The notes under the pieces: model-generated
The model's database searches: none
Told to the model about the DNA's origin: nothing
What the model saw: only the letters and a program-made list of their open reading frames with translations
Shown here: positions 12,143 to 22,465 of the stretch, piece by piece
How the letters are laid out: every line of letters begins with the position of its first letter
Numbering within the stretch: the stretch's first letter is position 1
Translations under genes and position numbers: made by a program
Assembly (NCBI GenBank): GCA_964555915.1
Contig: CAZKUK010000004.1
Coordinates: forward strand, 72,349-136,348
Length of the DNA stretch: 64,000 nt
Direction of reading: 5' to 3'
DNA from: an uncultured Mycobacterium sp.
Lineage (GTDB): Bacteria; Actinomycetota; Actinomycetes; Mycobacteriales; Mycobacteriaceae

Positions 12143-12825
12143 ATCCGAAGATGCCCTGATGCGGCGCCGGCCCGGCGCCGGAGAGCCTCCACCGCGACCG
12201 CGGGATCACCGGCCCCGTAGACCGCCGATCCCGCGACGAAGCAGTCCACGCCCGCTGCGGCCGCCTGCTCGATGGTGTCGGCATTGATACCACCGTCGAT
12301 CTCGACCAGAACGGTCAACTCTCCCGCATCGACCAATCGGCGCGCCGCTGTGACCTTTGCCAGGACTTCGGGAATGAAACTCTGACCGCCGAAACCCGGC
12401 TCCACCGACATCACCAGCAGGGTGTCGAAATCGCGCAGGATATCCAGATACGGATCCAGTGCGGTCCCGGGTTTGACGGCCAGGCCCGCCTTCGCCCCCG
12501 CGGCGCGGATATCGCGGGCCACCGCGACCGGATTGTCGGTCGCCTCGGCGTGAAAGGTGACGTTGTGGGATCCGGCTTCGGCATAGCCGGGCGCCCAGCG
12601 ATCCGGGGCGTCGATCATCAGATGGCAGTCCAGTGGAATGCCAGTCGCCCGCAGCAGGCTCTGCACCACCGGCAGGCCCAGGGTCAGGTTCGGCACGAAG
12701 TGCGCGTCCATCACGTCGACGTGCAGCCAGTCGGCCCCCGCCACGGCCGCGGCCTCATCAGCGAGGCGGGCGAAGTCGGCGGACAGAATCGACGGCGCGA
12801 TCATCGGCCTGCTGGGTGTTGCCAT
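12139..12825 (-). CDS. rpe: Ribulose-phosphate 3-epimerase
   Basis: [38 protein letters not shown]. Confidence 0.98.
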   Translation of the reverse strand: MATPSRPMIAPSILSADFARLADEAAAVAGADWLHVDVMDAHFVPNLTLGLPVVQSLLRATGIPLDCHLMIDAPDRWAPGYAEAGSHNVTFHAEATDNPVAVARDIRAAGAKAGLAVKPGTALDPYLDILRDFDTLLVMSVEPGFGGQSFIPEVLAKVTAARRLVDAGELTVLVEIDGGINADTIEQAAAAGVDCFVAGSAVYGAGDPAVAVEALRRRAGAASGHLRI

Positions 12826-12861
12826 GGCTGTCACTGTAAAGCCCGGGGTAATCGGGCTCGG

Positions 12862-14265
12862 TTACCCGTCCTTGCGCAGCACGGCGGCGAACATGGCGTC
12901 GGTACCGTGCCGGTGCGGCCACAGTTGCACGAAGGGGCCGGCGCCAACATCCTCGACCGGCGCGAACAGCGCCCGGGCATCGAGGGCGGTGACCGGATGA
13001 CGCCGTATGGCGTCGGAAACCACACCGACGGTCTCGGCCAGATGCGGAGAACACGTCGCGTACAGCACCACGCCGCCCGGGCGAGCCAGCCCGATCGCCG
13101 AGGCAAGCAACTCGCGCTGAAGTTTGCCCAGAGCCGGTACGTCGGCCGGCGTCCGACGCCACCGTGCCTCCGGGCGGCGACGCAACGCGCCCAGGCCCGT
13201 GCAGGGTGCATCGACCAGCACCCGGTCAAAACCGGATGCGGGCAGCGGCGGCTCGCGGCCGTCGGCCCGCACCACCTCGACGGTCAGACCCCGGGTGTTC
13301 TGCTCGACCATATCGGCCCGCCGGGGGTTGGGTTCCACGGCGGTGACCGTCGCACCGCGTTGGGCCGCGACGGCGGCAAGCAACGCGGTCTTACCGCCCG
13401 GTCCGGAGCACAGGTCCAGCCAGCGGCCCGCGTCCTCGCCGACCAGTGGTGCCGCCACCAGAGCGCGGGCCACCAGTTGGCTGCCCTCATCCTGGACCAG
13501 CGCCCGCGCGTCGCGAACCGGGGCCAACCGGCCGGGGTCTCCGCCGCTGAGATACACGGCATAGGGCGAGAACCGCCCGACCGTCCCGCCGACCTCCTCG
13601 GCGAGTTCGGCGGCGGTTAGCGCCCCCGGCCGGGCGGCCAGATGGACGGCCGGCCGGGCATCGTCGGCGGCCAGGGCGGCGCCGAGTTCACCTGCGCCGG
13701 CTCCGAGAGCGTCGGCGAAGGCCTGGGCGATCCAGCGCGGGTGGGCGTGGATGAACGCGACGTGGCCGACCGGGTCGGTGGCCGCGGGCGGGGCGAGTTC
13801 GGCCAGCCAGGAACTTTCGTCGCGGCCGGCGATCCGGCGCAGTACGGCATTGACGAAGCCGGCTCGGGCGGTGTCGAACTCCGCGCCGGCCGCCTCCACG
13901 GTCGTCGATACCGCGGCATGCGGTGCGACGTTGGTCCGCAGCAACTGATAGGCGCCCAGCCGGAGCAGATCCAGAAGCACCGGGTCGATCTGATCGAGCG
14001 CCCGACCGGCCGCGGCGGAGATGACCGCGTCCAGCAGGCCACGGGTGCGGCAGGTGCCGTAGGTCAGCTCGGTCGCGAAAGCCGCGTCCCGGCCGGTGAT
14101 CCCGCGCTCGGCCAGCAGTGCGGGTAGCGCAAGGTTGGCGTAGGCATCGCGTTCGGAGACCGCGCGCAGCACGTCGAACGCCGCACGGCGGGCCGGATCC
14201 AGCGGGGCGCGGCGAGACCGGCGGGCCGGTCGCTGGTCCCCGCCGGGACGGCGGCGTTGGGTCAC
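12862..14265 (-). CDS. rsmB: RsmB/Fmu RNA m5C methyltransferase
   Basis: NusB-like N domain (DAYANLAL), [32 protein letters not shown] at 14265 overlaps the fmt stop. Confidence 0.95.
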   Translation of the reverse strand: MTQRRRPGGDQRPARRSRRAPLDPARRAAFDVLRAVSERDAYANLALPALLAERGITGRDAAFATELTYGTCRTRGLLDAVISAAAGRALDQIDPVLLDLLRLGAYQLLRTNVAPHAAVSTTVEAAGAEFDTARAGFVNAVLRRIAGRDESSWLAELAPPAATDPVGHVAFIHAHPRWIAQAFADALGAGAGELGAALAADDARPAVHLAARPGALTAAELAEEVGGTVGRFSPYAVYLSGGDPGRLAPVRDARALVQDEGSQLVARALVAAPLVGEDAGRWLDLCSGPGGKTALLAAVAAQRGATVTAVEPNPRRADMVEQNTRGLTVEVVRADGREPPLPASGFDRVLVDAPCTGLGALRRRPEARWRRTPADVPALGKLQRELLASAIGLARPGGVVLYATCSPHLAETVGVVSDAIRRHPVTALDARALFAPVEDVGAGPFVQLWPHRHGTDAMFAAVLRKDG

Positions 14266-15191
14266 GAGGCGCGCACTCCGGTGCCGAGACGGGCGCCGCG
14301 GGCCCAATCCGCCGCGGCCATCGGCTTCTTGCCGGGCGGCTGAACCTGCCCGAGCAGTACCGGCTCGGAGCCGGTGCCGATCAGCACCCGGGAACGCTGT
14401 ACCTCGATCTCGCCGGGGGCCAGGGCCGCAGCGGTCTGGTCCAGGCTGACCGGGCCGAGTTTGATGCGCAACTCGCCGATCATCGTCCACGCTCCCGGGT
14501 CGGGGGTGACCGACCTGATTCGGCGTTCGACGACCTGAGCCGGCAGATCCCATCGGATTCGGCCCTGTGCCACCGTCAGCTTCGGAGCGGTGCTGACCCC
14601 CTCCGTCGACTGCGGCACGGGTGTGAGCGAACCCTCAGCGATCCCGTCCATGGTGGCCTCCAACAGCGCCGCCCCCGATCCGGCCAGCCGCTCCAGAAGG
14701 TCGCCGGCGGTGTCCTCGGGACGAATCGTCTCGGTAACCACCCCGTAGACCGGGCCGGAGTCAAGTGCCGGTTCGATCTGGAATGTCGTTGCGCCGGTGA
14801 CGGTGTCACCCGCGGCGATCGCGGCCTGCACCGGGGCAGCCCCGCGCCAGGCGGGCAGCAGCGAGAAGTGCAGATTGACCCAGCCGTGCGCCGGCACAGC
14901 CAGTAGTTCAGCGCTCAGCAGTGCCCCGTAGGCCACCACCGCACAGCACTGCGGGGCCAGCGCCGCGAGTTCGGCGAGGAAATCCGGGGAATTGGGGCGC
15001 GCCGGCCGCAGCACCGGGATTCCTGCGGCGGTGGCCAGTCGCGCCACCGGGGCCGGCGCCGGTGTGCCCCGCCGGCCCGCCACCGCATCCGGGCGGGTCA
15101 GCACCGCCACCACGTCGTGGTGCGGGGAGTCGATCAACCGGCGCAGTGACGGCAGCGCCGCCGTCGGGGTGCCCGCGAAGACGATTCGCAT
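14262..15191 (-). CDS. fmt: Methionyl-tRNA formyltransferase
   Basis: [24 protein letters not shown]. Confidence 0.98.
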   Translation of the reverse strand: MRIVFAGTPTAALPSLRRLIDSPHHDVVAVLTRPDAVAGRRGTPAPAPVARLATAAGIPVLRPARPNSPDFLAELAALAPQCCAVVAYGALLSAELLAVPAHGWVNLHFSLLPAWRGAAPVQAAIAAGDTVTGATTFQIEPALDSGPVYGVVTETIRPEDTAGDLLERLAGSGAALLEATMDGIAEGSLTPVPQSTEGVSTAPKLTVAQGRIRWDLPAQVVERRIRSVTPDPGAWTMIGELRIKLGPVSLDQTAAALAPGEIEVQRSRVLIGTGSEPVLLGQVQPPGKKPMAAADWARGARLGTGVRAS

Positions 15192-15221
15192 CCGCCTAGA
15201 CCACCGATCCCGGTGGCGCGA

Positions 15222-15758
15222 TCATTTCGGCACCCGGTAGAACTCCCGCTCGCCAACACCGGCCATCCCCGCCACGAACATCCAGGGAATGGTGCTGCGC
15301 AGACGGTTGACGGTGGCTGCGGCGTCGTTGTAGTACTGCCGGGCGAATGCGAGCTTGTCCTCGGTGTCGGCCAGATTCTGCTGCAGGTTCAGGAAGTTGT
15401 TCGACGAGTTCAGCTGCGGGTAGACCTGCCCCAGAGCCAGCACCTGCCCGACCGCCGAGTCGAACTGCTGTTCCGCGAAGGTGCGCTGCGCGACCGAGCG
15501 TCCGGTGGTCGCGGCGGTCAGTGCGGCCTGCGCATCGGCGACGTGTGCGAGCACCGCGCGCTCGTGGGTGGCGAAGCCCTGCACGGTGCTCATCAGGCTC
15601 GGGATCAGCGAGGCACGTCGAGTGAGCTGGACGTCGATCCCGCCCAGGGCCTCATCGGCCAGGACATCGGCGGCCCGCAGCTTGTTATGCCCGGCAACGA
15701 ACCCGATGAGTACGGCCACCGCGAGCACCAACACCAGAATCAGCACCGGGGTCACCAC
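15222..15758 (-). CDS. lemA: LemA family protein
   Basis: N-terminal TM, IDVQLTRRASLIP, YPQLNSSNNFLNLQ, LAFARQYYND. Confidence 0.92.
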   Translation of the reverse strand: MVTPVLILVLVLAVAVLIGFVAGHNKLRAADVLADEALGGIDVQLTRRASLIPSLMSTVQGFATHERAVLAHVADAQAALTAATTGRSVAQRTFAEQQFDSAVGQVLALGQVYPQLNSSNNFLNLQQNLADTEDKLAFARQYYNDAAATVNRLRSTIPWMFVAGMAGVGEREFYRVPK

Positions 15759-15869
15759 GAACCTCCTCTGATACCTCAGATACCTCTGTTGGCCCCGACA
15801 CCAACGCCGGCTATCGGCGGGGTCGACTGGGCTCGCCCGTCGAAGATAGAGCCTAGCCGCGCGGGTGTG

Positions 15870-17873
15870 TCAGCCGATGTGCAGCGGGTCAATCTGGACC
15901 CGAACCGCTTCGTGGTCGTGCCGGGCACTGTTGACGGCTATCGCCCGGCGCAGCCCGCCGGCCAGCGCCAGACCCTCTTCATGCCGGACCCGGATGAGCA
16001 TGCGGATCACCGGTTCGCCGGCCGCGGCGGACGGCGGCCGCCGCACCCCCGGAGGTAGGTCGACCGGGCCGAGCACATCGGCATCCTCCGGCAGTTCAGA
16101 CTGTTCGATCAGGGCGGCGACCGAGTCCGCAGCGCCGTCGATGGCGGCCATATGCACCGCCGGTGGCAGGCCTACGGCGGCCCGGGCGGCCAGTTCCGTT
16201 TCGGCGTGACCTACCGGATCCCACTTGATCAGCGCCTGCACGGTCGGGATGGTCGATTCCGCGACCACGGCCACCACCCCGCCATCGGTGCGGGGATGCA
16301 CCAGGGCGGCGGCCGCCATCCAGCGGCGCAGGGTGTCCTCGGCGGCGCGGAGATCCTGACGGCCCAGCAGCGACCAGCCGTCCAGCAGCAGCGCGGCCCC
16401 GTATCCGTCCGGGGCCCGGGGCTCGGCGCCGGGCGTGGCCACCACCAGTGCCGGACCGGGGTCGATCTCGGGATGAATCGCATCGCCCGCCGAGGTGATC
16501 ACCGCGCTGCCCGGAAAGGCGCGGCCAAGCTCCTCGGCGGTGCGCCGGGTGCCCACCACGACGGCCCGGATCGCCTCGGCACCGCAACGTCGGCAGCGCG
16601 GCGCGATATCGATCCGCCCGCACCATCGGCAGGCCGCGCCGCCCGCGTCCCGGTCGGCCACGGACAGCGGTCCCATACAGTGTCGACACCGGGCGATGGT
16701 CCGGCACCGGCCGCAGGCCACCGATGGAAGGTAGCCGCGGCGCGGAACCTGAACCAGCACCGGGGCGCCGCGGTCCAGGGCCGACCGGGCGGCCCGCAAC
16801 GCCATCGACGGCAGTCGGGCGGTGCGGGCCGCCGGATCGCGTTCCTCGGCATAGCCGTCGTCCTCGAGCGCGATGACCCGGGGAGCGCGGGCCCGGACCA
16901 CCGCGCGCGGGCCCACCAGGTCATGCGCCCAACCGGTGCCGATGAGGGCCTGGGCCTCGGCAGTGCGGGCGTAACCGCCGACAATCGCAGCGCAGCGCAA
17001 CTGGTGTGCGCGCAGCATGCCGACCTCCCGGGCATGTGGATAGGGGGCACGGGGTTCGGCCAGGGTGTCGTCACCGTCATCCCAGATGATGACCAAGCCA
17101 AGCCGGTCCACCGGTGCGAACACCGCACTGCGGGTGCCGATGACCAGCCTGGCCTCCCCCCGCAGAACCGAGAGCCATCGCCGATACCGGGCGGACGGCC
17201 CCAGACCCGCGGCCAACGCGACGACAGCGGACTCGTCGACCAGAGCGGTCGCCGCCCGCCAGAGCGCCTCGACATCACGCTGGTCGGGCACGACGGCCAG
17301 CACACCGTAACCACCGCTCACCGCCGCCGCGGCCGCCTCGGCCAACCGCTCGAACCAGCGTTCGCCGGGCAGCGCCTGCCACACCGCACGAGCGGCGCGA
17401 CCGTCGCTTAAAGCCCCCAGGAACTGCTCGCCTCGGCTGTACCGCGCCCATCCCGCGGTATCGATGGTGGAGACCACCGGCAGCGCCGGGGCGCTCACCC
17501 GGCCTTTCTCTGCGCCGGCGTGCCGCGGCGGAATCGCCAATCGCAGGACATCGGGCCTGGTGCCGGCGTAGCGGGCGACCACCGCGTCGACGAGCCGGCG
17601 GACCTCGGCGGTGAGCACGGGTTCCGCTGAAATGACCCGATCCAGCCAACCGAGCTGCCCGATGTGGTCGGTGTCGGAACGACGTTCGAGCAGGTAGCCG
17701 TCCACCAGTCGGCCGTGAAAACGCACCCGGACCCGCACGCCCGGCTGAGCGTCGTCGGACTGTTCCGCTGACACCAGATAGTCGAACTCGCGGTCGAGGT
17801 GCGGCACCGACAACATCGGCAGCACCCGGGCGATCGGCTCGTGTTCGGCGGCACACCGGCCCGCTGTACTCAC
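15870..17873 (-). CDS. priA: Primosomal protein N' (actinobacterial type)
   Basis: HLDREFDY, IGTRSAVFAP, VPRRGY, CxxC...CxxC...CxxC...CxxC zinc motifs, VQIDPLHIG. Confidence 0.96.
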   Translation of the reverse strand: MSTAGRCAAEHEPIARVLPMLSVPHLDREFDYLVSAEQSDDAQPGVRVRVRFHGRLVDGYLLERRSDTDHIGQLGWLDRVISAEPVLTAEVRRLVDAVVARYAGTRPDVLRLAIPPRHAGAEKGRVSAPALPVVSTIDTAGWARYSRGEQFLGALSDGRAARAVWQALPGERWFERLAEAAAAAVSGGYGVLAVVPDQRDVEALWRAATALVDESAVVALAAGLGPSARYRRWLSVLRGEARLVIGTRSAVFAPVDRLGLVIIWDDGDDTLAEPRAPYPHAREVGMLRAHQLRCAAIVGGYARTAEAQALIGTGWAHDLVGPRAVVRARAPRVIALEDDGYAEERDPAARTARLPSMALRAARSALDRGAPVLVQVPRRGYLPSVACGRCRTIARCRHCMGPLSVADRDAGGAACRWCGRIDIAPRCRRCGAEAIRAVVVGTRRTAEELGRAFPGSAVITSAGDAIHPEIDPGPALVVATPGAEPRAPDGYGAALLLDGWSLLGRQDLRAAEDTLRRWMAAAALVHPRTDGGVVAVVAESTIPTVQALIKWDPVGHAETELAARAAVGLPPAVHMAAIDGAADSVAALIEQSELPEDADVLGPVDLPPGVRRPPSAAAGEPVIRMLIRVRHEEGLALAGGLRRAIAVNSARHDHEAVRVQIDPLHIG

Positions 17874-17894
17874 CTGCCTCCCGTCCGGTGTCGG

Positions 17895-18545
17895 CTAACG
17901 CCGCTTTCGCGCCCCGAGGCGCTCGGCGTCCTCGAAGGCTATCGACGCAGCCGGCTGTCCGGCCGGGCAGGACCGTTTGCGGGCGTTGTAATTCGACACC
18001 GCGTCCCAGGCCCCGTGCACGGCATCGCCGTCGGCGTCGTAGGTCAGCGACTTGCCCGGGGCGAAACCGAGAGTACGACCGACCCCGACGGCGTCCATGT
18101 TGGCGCCGAGGAAGACGAAGTCCCACGAGTAGACGGTCTCCTGGTGGGCGATGAGCGTCCGCACACCCTCGATGGTCCACTCGGCGCTGGCGTTCTCCAA
18201 GCCGTCGGTTATCACCAGGACGGTCACCTCGCCGGGGCGATCCTGCTCCGGGAGCGCCGCCAGACCGGCGCCGACCTCGGTCACGAAGCGGCCGATCGCG
18301 TCGAGCAGGGCGGTGCGCCCGCGCGGCTCCAGCGTTAACGGCGGCACCGCCTCCGTCGGCTGATCGCGGTAGACGACGTTGTACTCGTGATCGAACTGGG
18401 CCAGCGTCACCAGGGCGGTGCCGGTCTGCGCGCTTTCCCTGGCCATGAACGCGTCAAACCCGCCCCGCATGTCCTCGGCGATCACCTCCATCGAGCCGGA
18501 GCGGTCCAGCAGTGCCGCGATCAGCGTCTTGTCGGTGTTGGTCAT
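17895..18545 (-). CDS. Stand-alone VWA domain protein
   Basis: MIDAS motif LLDRSGSM, RGRTALLDAIG, VITDGLENAS, FVFLGAN. Confidence 0.88.
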   Translation of the reverse strand: MTNTDKTLIAALLDRSGSMEVIAEDMRGGFDAFMARESAQTGTALVTLAQFDHEYNVVYRDQPTEAVPPLTLEPRGRTALLDAIGRFVTEVGAGLAALPEQDRPGEVTVLVITDGLENASAEWTIEGVRTLIAHQETVYSWDFVFLGANMDAVGVGRTLGFAPGKSLTYDADGDAVHGAWDAVSNYNARKRSCPAGQPAASIAFEDAERLGARKRR

Positions 18546-18655
18546 ACGGTCTCTCCCCCTCGATTGGATGTTCATCGCGACGATAACGACGGGTACCGAC
18601 AAGAAACCGCGGCCGGCACGATGGCCGGGCCGGACCACGAACAACCGCGACCGGA

Positions 18656-19533
18656 CTACCGGAGATCGTTGGCCGCCGCCGCCAGAATTTCGGTGGCATG
18701 ACTCACCGCAATGAAGTGACCGCCACCGTCCACGGCATGCCAGACCGATTCCGGGGTCCGGTCGGCGATCTCCCTGTTGATGGCCGCCGGAACGAAGGTG
18801 TCATCCGTTCCCTGCCAGAAGTGCACCGCGCGTTCCACCCGCGTGATATCGAACGGCCAGGCTGCGTAGATCAGTTGGGCGTCGGCGGCCAACCCCCGGG
18901 CGCCCTGCCGGAAACACTCTCTGGATGCCGACAGAATGATCTCCATCACCGCGTCATCGGCCAGCACCTCCAGATCGGCGCCGCCCGCAACCCTACTGAT
19001 CGCATTCGCATATCCACGCGGGAAGTGGGTCGCGACGACGCCGAGCAGGCAATACATCAGGGTGAGGCCCGGGCGGAAGTGCAGCGCCAACCGACCGCCC
19101 ACGGCGTCCTGGGCGCTCAACAACGGAGCAGCCCAATTCGCCCCGAAGGTCCCATAGCAACCGCCGGCGATAGTCGAGACGTGAACGAGTCGGGCCGGGT
19201 CGAGATAGGCGGCCGCGGCCAGCGCCCAGGGACCCCCCTCCGACCATCCGGTGACCGCGAATTCCTCCGCGCCGAAGGAGTCGGCCAGCACCAGCAGGTC
19301 ACCGGCCCAGGACTCAAAGGTCCTGTCCCGGTCCGGATCAGACCGCCCGATACCCGGCCGGTCCGGCACCACCAGTTTCACCCCGTTGGATTCAGCGGCG
19401 GACTCGAAGAGGTCGGCCTCCAATCGGCTGGAGGGGCCTCCATGGTTGTGCAGTACCAGCGGTCCGTCCGGATCACGACCTCCAGATAGGAAATGCGCCG
19501 GCCGCCGATCCCGATCCTGCCCTGCGTTCCCAT
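18656..19533 (-). pseudogene. Alpha/beta hydrolase with a 1-nt frameshift near the 5' end
   Basis: GGAGG + ATG 19533 reads MGTQGRIGIGGRRISYLEV. The shifted frame continues DPDGPLVLHNHGGPSSRLE...GWSEGG...GGHF. Span is 878 nt, one short of a codon multiple. Confidence 0.8.
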
Positions 19534-19654
19534 GTGATGTCCTCCAGCCGGGCCCGCGTCAGGCCACTGCCGGTCCACTGTCGGACTACCGCCAGCTCCC
19601 AGGCCGGCCGGCCACCACCTGCGCCGTGCTGCTGCGGCTGCGTACCGTGTGGTG

Positions 19655-20644
19655 ATGTCCGACTCTGCCGGTAGGCCGCCTGTCGATGCCGTCCTGCAGA
19701 AGGTACTGCAAGCGGTTCCGTTCCGGCTGATCGCGGAGGGCGGTGTCGAAGACGCGCGCCGCCGGTTGCGCGAGCTGCCGCGCCGCCCACTTCACCCTGA
19801 ACTTCGGGTCGAGGACATCCGAATCGATGGTCCGGTCGGTCCCATCCCGGCACGGGTGTACTGGCCGCCAGACCAGCCCCGGGCTGAGGGCCCCGGCGTC
19901 CGGTCCTATCCCGTGACGATGTTCTTCCACGGCGGCGGGTTCGCGCTCGGCGATCTCGATACCCACGACACGACTGCCCGGGAGCATGCGGCGGGCGCCC
20001 GGACCGTCGTGGTCTCAGTGGATTATCGGCTGGCTCCCGAGCACCCCTACCCGGCCGCGGTCGATGACGTGTGGGCGGCGACCTGCTGGGTCGCCGGAAA
20101 CGCCGCCCGGTTCGGTGCGGACGGCTCACGGCTGGCAGTGGCCGGCGACTCGGCCGGCGGCACCCTGGCGGCGGTGGTCGCCCAGCGCGCCCGGGACCGA
20201 CTCCGGACCGGTGCCGGGCCGGCGGTGGTGTTTCAGCTGCTTTGGTACCCGTCGACAATGTGGGATACCGCACTGCCGTCTTTCGCCGAGAACGCCGACG
20301 CGCCGGTGCTGGACCAGGCGGCGATCGCCGCGTTCACCCGGTGGTATGCCGGCCATCTCGACCTGTCCGATCCGCCTGCCGGGTTGGCCCCGGGCCGGGC
20401 CCGGGACCTCCGCGGTTTGGCGCCGGCCTATGTCGCGGTGGCCGGTCACGACCCGCTGCGCGACGACGGTGCGCGTTACGCCGACCTGCTGGCCGACGCG
20501 GGGGTCGAGGTGGAGTTACATCACGCCACGACCCTGGTGCACGGCTATCTCGGCTACTCCGGGGTGGTCCCGGCCGCCACCGAGGCCACCAAACGCGGAA
20601 TCATGGCGCTGCGAGCCGCGCTGTACCAGCGCGGTGACCGGTAA
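19655..20644 (+). CDS. HSL-family carboxylesterase (LipH/LipI-like)
   Basis: HGGGF, VDYRLAPEHPYP, GDSAGG, HDPLRDDG, LVHGY. Confidence 0.93.
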   Translation: MSDSAGRPPVDAVLQKVLQAVPFRLIAEGGVEDARRRLRELPRRPLHPELRVEDIRIDGPVGPIPARVYWPPDQPRAEGPGVRSYPVTMFFHGGGFALGDLDTHDTTAREHAAGARTVVVSVDYRLAPEHPYPAAVDDVWAATCWVAGNAARFGADGSRLAVAGDSAGGTLAAVVAQRARDRLRTGAGPAVVFQLLWYPSTMWDTALPSFAENADAPVLDQAAIAAFTRWYAGHLDLSDPPAGLAPGRARDLRGLAPAYVAVAGHDPLRDDGARYADLLADAGVEVELHHATTLVHGYLGYSGVVPAATEATKRGIMALRAALYQRGDR

Positions 20645-20741
20645 CGCCGTGACCAGTAACGTTTGTCGGGGCGGGAACGACAGGCCACAATGAAAGCACA
20701 CGCCGACAGCACATATCGCAATCCTGGAGGAAGAACGACTT

Positions 20742-21122
20742 ATGACATCCCGACGCATCGCGAGCGCCTGTACCGGCACCCTCGTAACAGGTTTCGCCCT
20801 GGCCGGGCTGGGTGCGCCCATGGCCTCAGCGGCACCGGACTGCAGCCCCGCGGCGGTGGACAGCCAGGTCTCGTCTATCACCCAGCAGGCCCAGGACTAC
20901 ATGAACGCTCACCCGGACGGCAACAAGATGCTGATGACCGCGGCGCTGCAGCCCCAGGCCGAGGCGCAGAAGACCATCTCCGACTACGCCAGCAGCAATC
21001 CGCAGGAGTACGCCGGCTTCAAATCGATCCTCTCGCCGCTCGGGACCCTGCAGAGCCAGTGCGGCGTCCAGGTGGTCCCGGCGCAATACCAGTGGGCGTT
21101 CGACCAGTTCATCGGTAGCTGA
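20742..21122 (+). CDS. Secreted hemophore-related protein (Rv0203/Rv1174c-like family)
   Basis: Signal peptide ending ASA; two Cys; DYMNAHPD motif; GGAGG SD. Confidence 0.75.
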   Translation: MTSRRIASACTGTLVTGFALAGLGAPMASAAPDCSPAAVDSQVSSITQQAQDYMNAHPDGNKMLMTAALQPQAEAQKTISDYASSNPQEYAGFKSILSPLGTLQSQCGVQVVPAQYQWAFDQFIGS

Positions 21123-21134
21123 TCGCCGACAGCC

Positions 21135-21173
21135 CGACATCGGCTGACCGCCGCCCGGCGTGAGCCGATGTCG
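21135..21173. terminator. Probable bidirectional terminator between convergent hemophore-like gene and metK
   Basis: Perfect 11-bp inverted repeat CGACATCGGCT / AGCCGATGTCG. Confidence 0.65.
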
Positions 21174-21175
21174 AG

Positions 21176-22387
21176 CTAGACGGAGTTCTTGAGATCCTCG
21201 ACCTTGTCCAGCCGCTCCCACGGCAGATCCAGGTCATTGCGGCCGAAGTGACCGTATGCCGCCGTTTGGGCGTAGATCGGCCGCAGCAGGTTCAGATCGC
21301 GAACGATCGCACCCGGCCGCAGGTCGAACACCGCCGTGATGGCTTTCTCGATACGGGCCGGGTCAACGGTCTCGGTACCGAAGGTCTCGACGAACAGCCC
21401 GACCGGCGCGGCCTTGCCGATCGCATAGGCCACCTGAACCTCCACCCGCTCCGCCAGGCCCGCGGCGACGACGTTCTTGGCCACCCAACGCATCGCGTAC
21501 GCCGCCGAGCGATCCACCTTTGACGGGTCCTTCCCGGAGAACGCACCGCCGCCGTGGCGGGCCCAGCCGCCGTAGGTGTCGACGATGATCTTGCGGCCGG
21601 TGAGCCCGGCGTCGCCCATCGGACCTCCGACCACGAAGTTGCCGGTCGGGTTCACCAGCAGCCGGAAGTCTGAGGTGTCCATGGTCTCGTGCGCCAATTC
21701 GGCCAGGACGGTATTGACGACCTTCTCCCGGATATCGGGGCTGAGCGTATTCGTCAGGTCGACACCGTCGGCATGCTGGGTGGACAGCACAACGGTATCC
21801 AGCCGGATCGGCGTGTCTCCGGCGTACTGGATGGTGACCTGGGTCTTGCCGTCCGGGCGCAGGTAGTCGAGTACCTGATTCTTGCGGACCTCGGTCAGCC
21901 GCCGGGACAACCGGTGCGCCAGCGCAATGGGCAGGGGCATCAACTCCGGGGTGTCACGGATCGCGTAGCCGAACATCAGGCCCTGGTCGCCGGCACCCTG
22001 GGAGTCGAGAGGATCAGCTGCCCCCTCGACCCGGGCTTCGTGGGCCTTGTCCACTCCCTGGCCGATATCCGGCGATTGGCGACCGATGCCGATGTTCACC
22101 CCGCAGGTGACCCCGTCGAAGCCTTTCTCCGAGGAGTCGTAGCCAATCGCCAGGATGCGCTCGCGGACCGTATCGGTGATGTCGGCGAACGCACCTTTCG
22201 CCGCGGTGGTGACCTCGCCGACGACATGTACCTGCCCGGTGGTCACCAGTGTCTCAACCGCCACGCGTGAGTTCGGGTCGTCCGCCAGCAGGGAGTCCAG
22301 CACCGAGTCGCTGATCGCGTCGCAGATCTTGTCGGGGTGTCCCTCGGTTACCGACTCGCTGGTGAAGAGCCGCCCTTTCTCGCTCAC
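21176..22387 (-). CDS. metK: S-adenosylmethionine synthetase
   Basis: [28 protein letters not shown]. Confidence 0.99.
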   Translation of the reverse strand: MSEKGRLFTSESVTEGHPDKICDAISDSVLDSLLADDPNSRVAVETLVTTGQVHVVGEVTTAAKGAFADITDTVRERILAIGYDSSEKGFDGVTCGVNIGIGRQSPDIGQGVDKAHEARVEGAADPLDSQGAGDQGLMFGYAIRDTPELMPLPIALAHRLSRRLTEVRKNQVLDYLRPDGKTQVTIQYAGDTPIRLDTVVLSTQHADGVDLTNTLSPDIREKVVNTVLAELAHETMDTSDFRLLVNPTGNFVVGGPMGDAGLTGRKIIVDTYGGWARHGGGAFSGKDPSKVDRSAAYAMRWVAKNVVAAGLAERVEVQVAYAIGKAAPVGLFVETFGTETVDPARIEKAITAVFDLRPGAIVRDLNLLRPIYAQTAAYGHFGRNDLDLPWERLDKVEDLKNSV

Positions 22388-22465
22388 GTGGTGAATCCCC
22401 TTCGGTATGTGGACGGGCTGATTTGTCGTGTCGTCCGCCGGGGCTATGCCCGGGGCGCCGCTATG

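Noticed and set aside
22388-22465. SAM riboswitch before metK
   Set aside because: Only 78 nt between coaBC and metK, with no SAM-I or SAM-IV signature visible.
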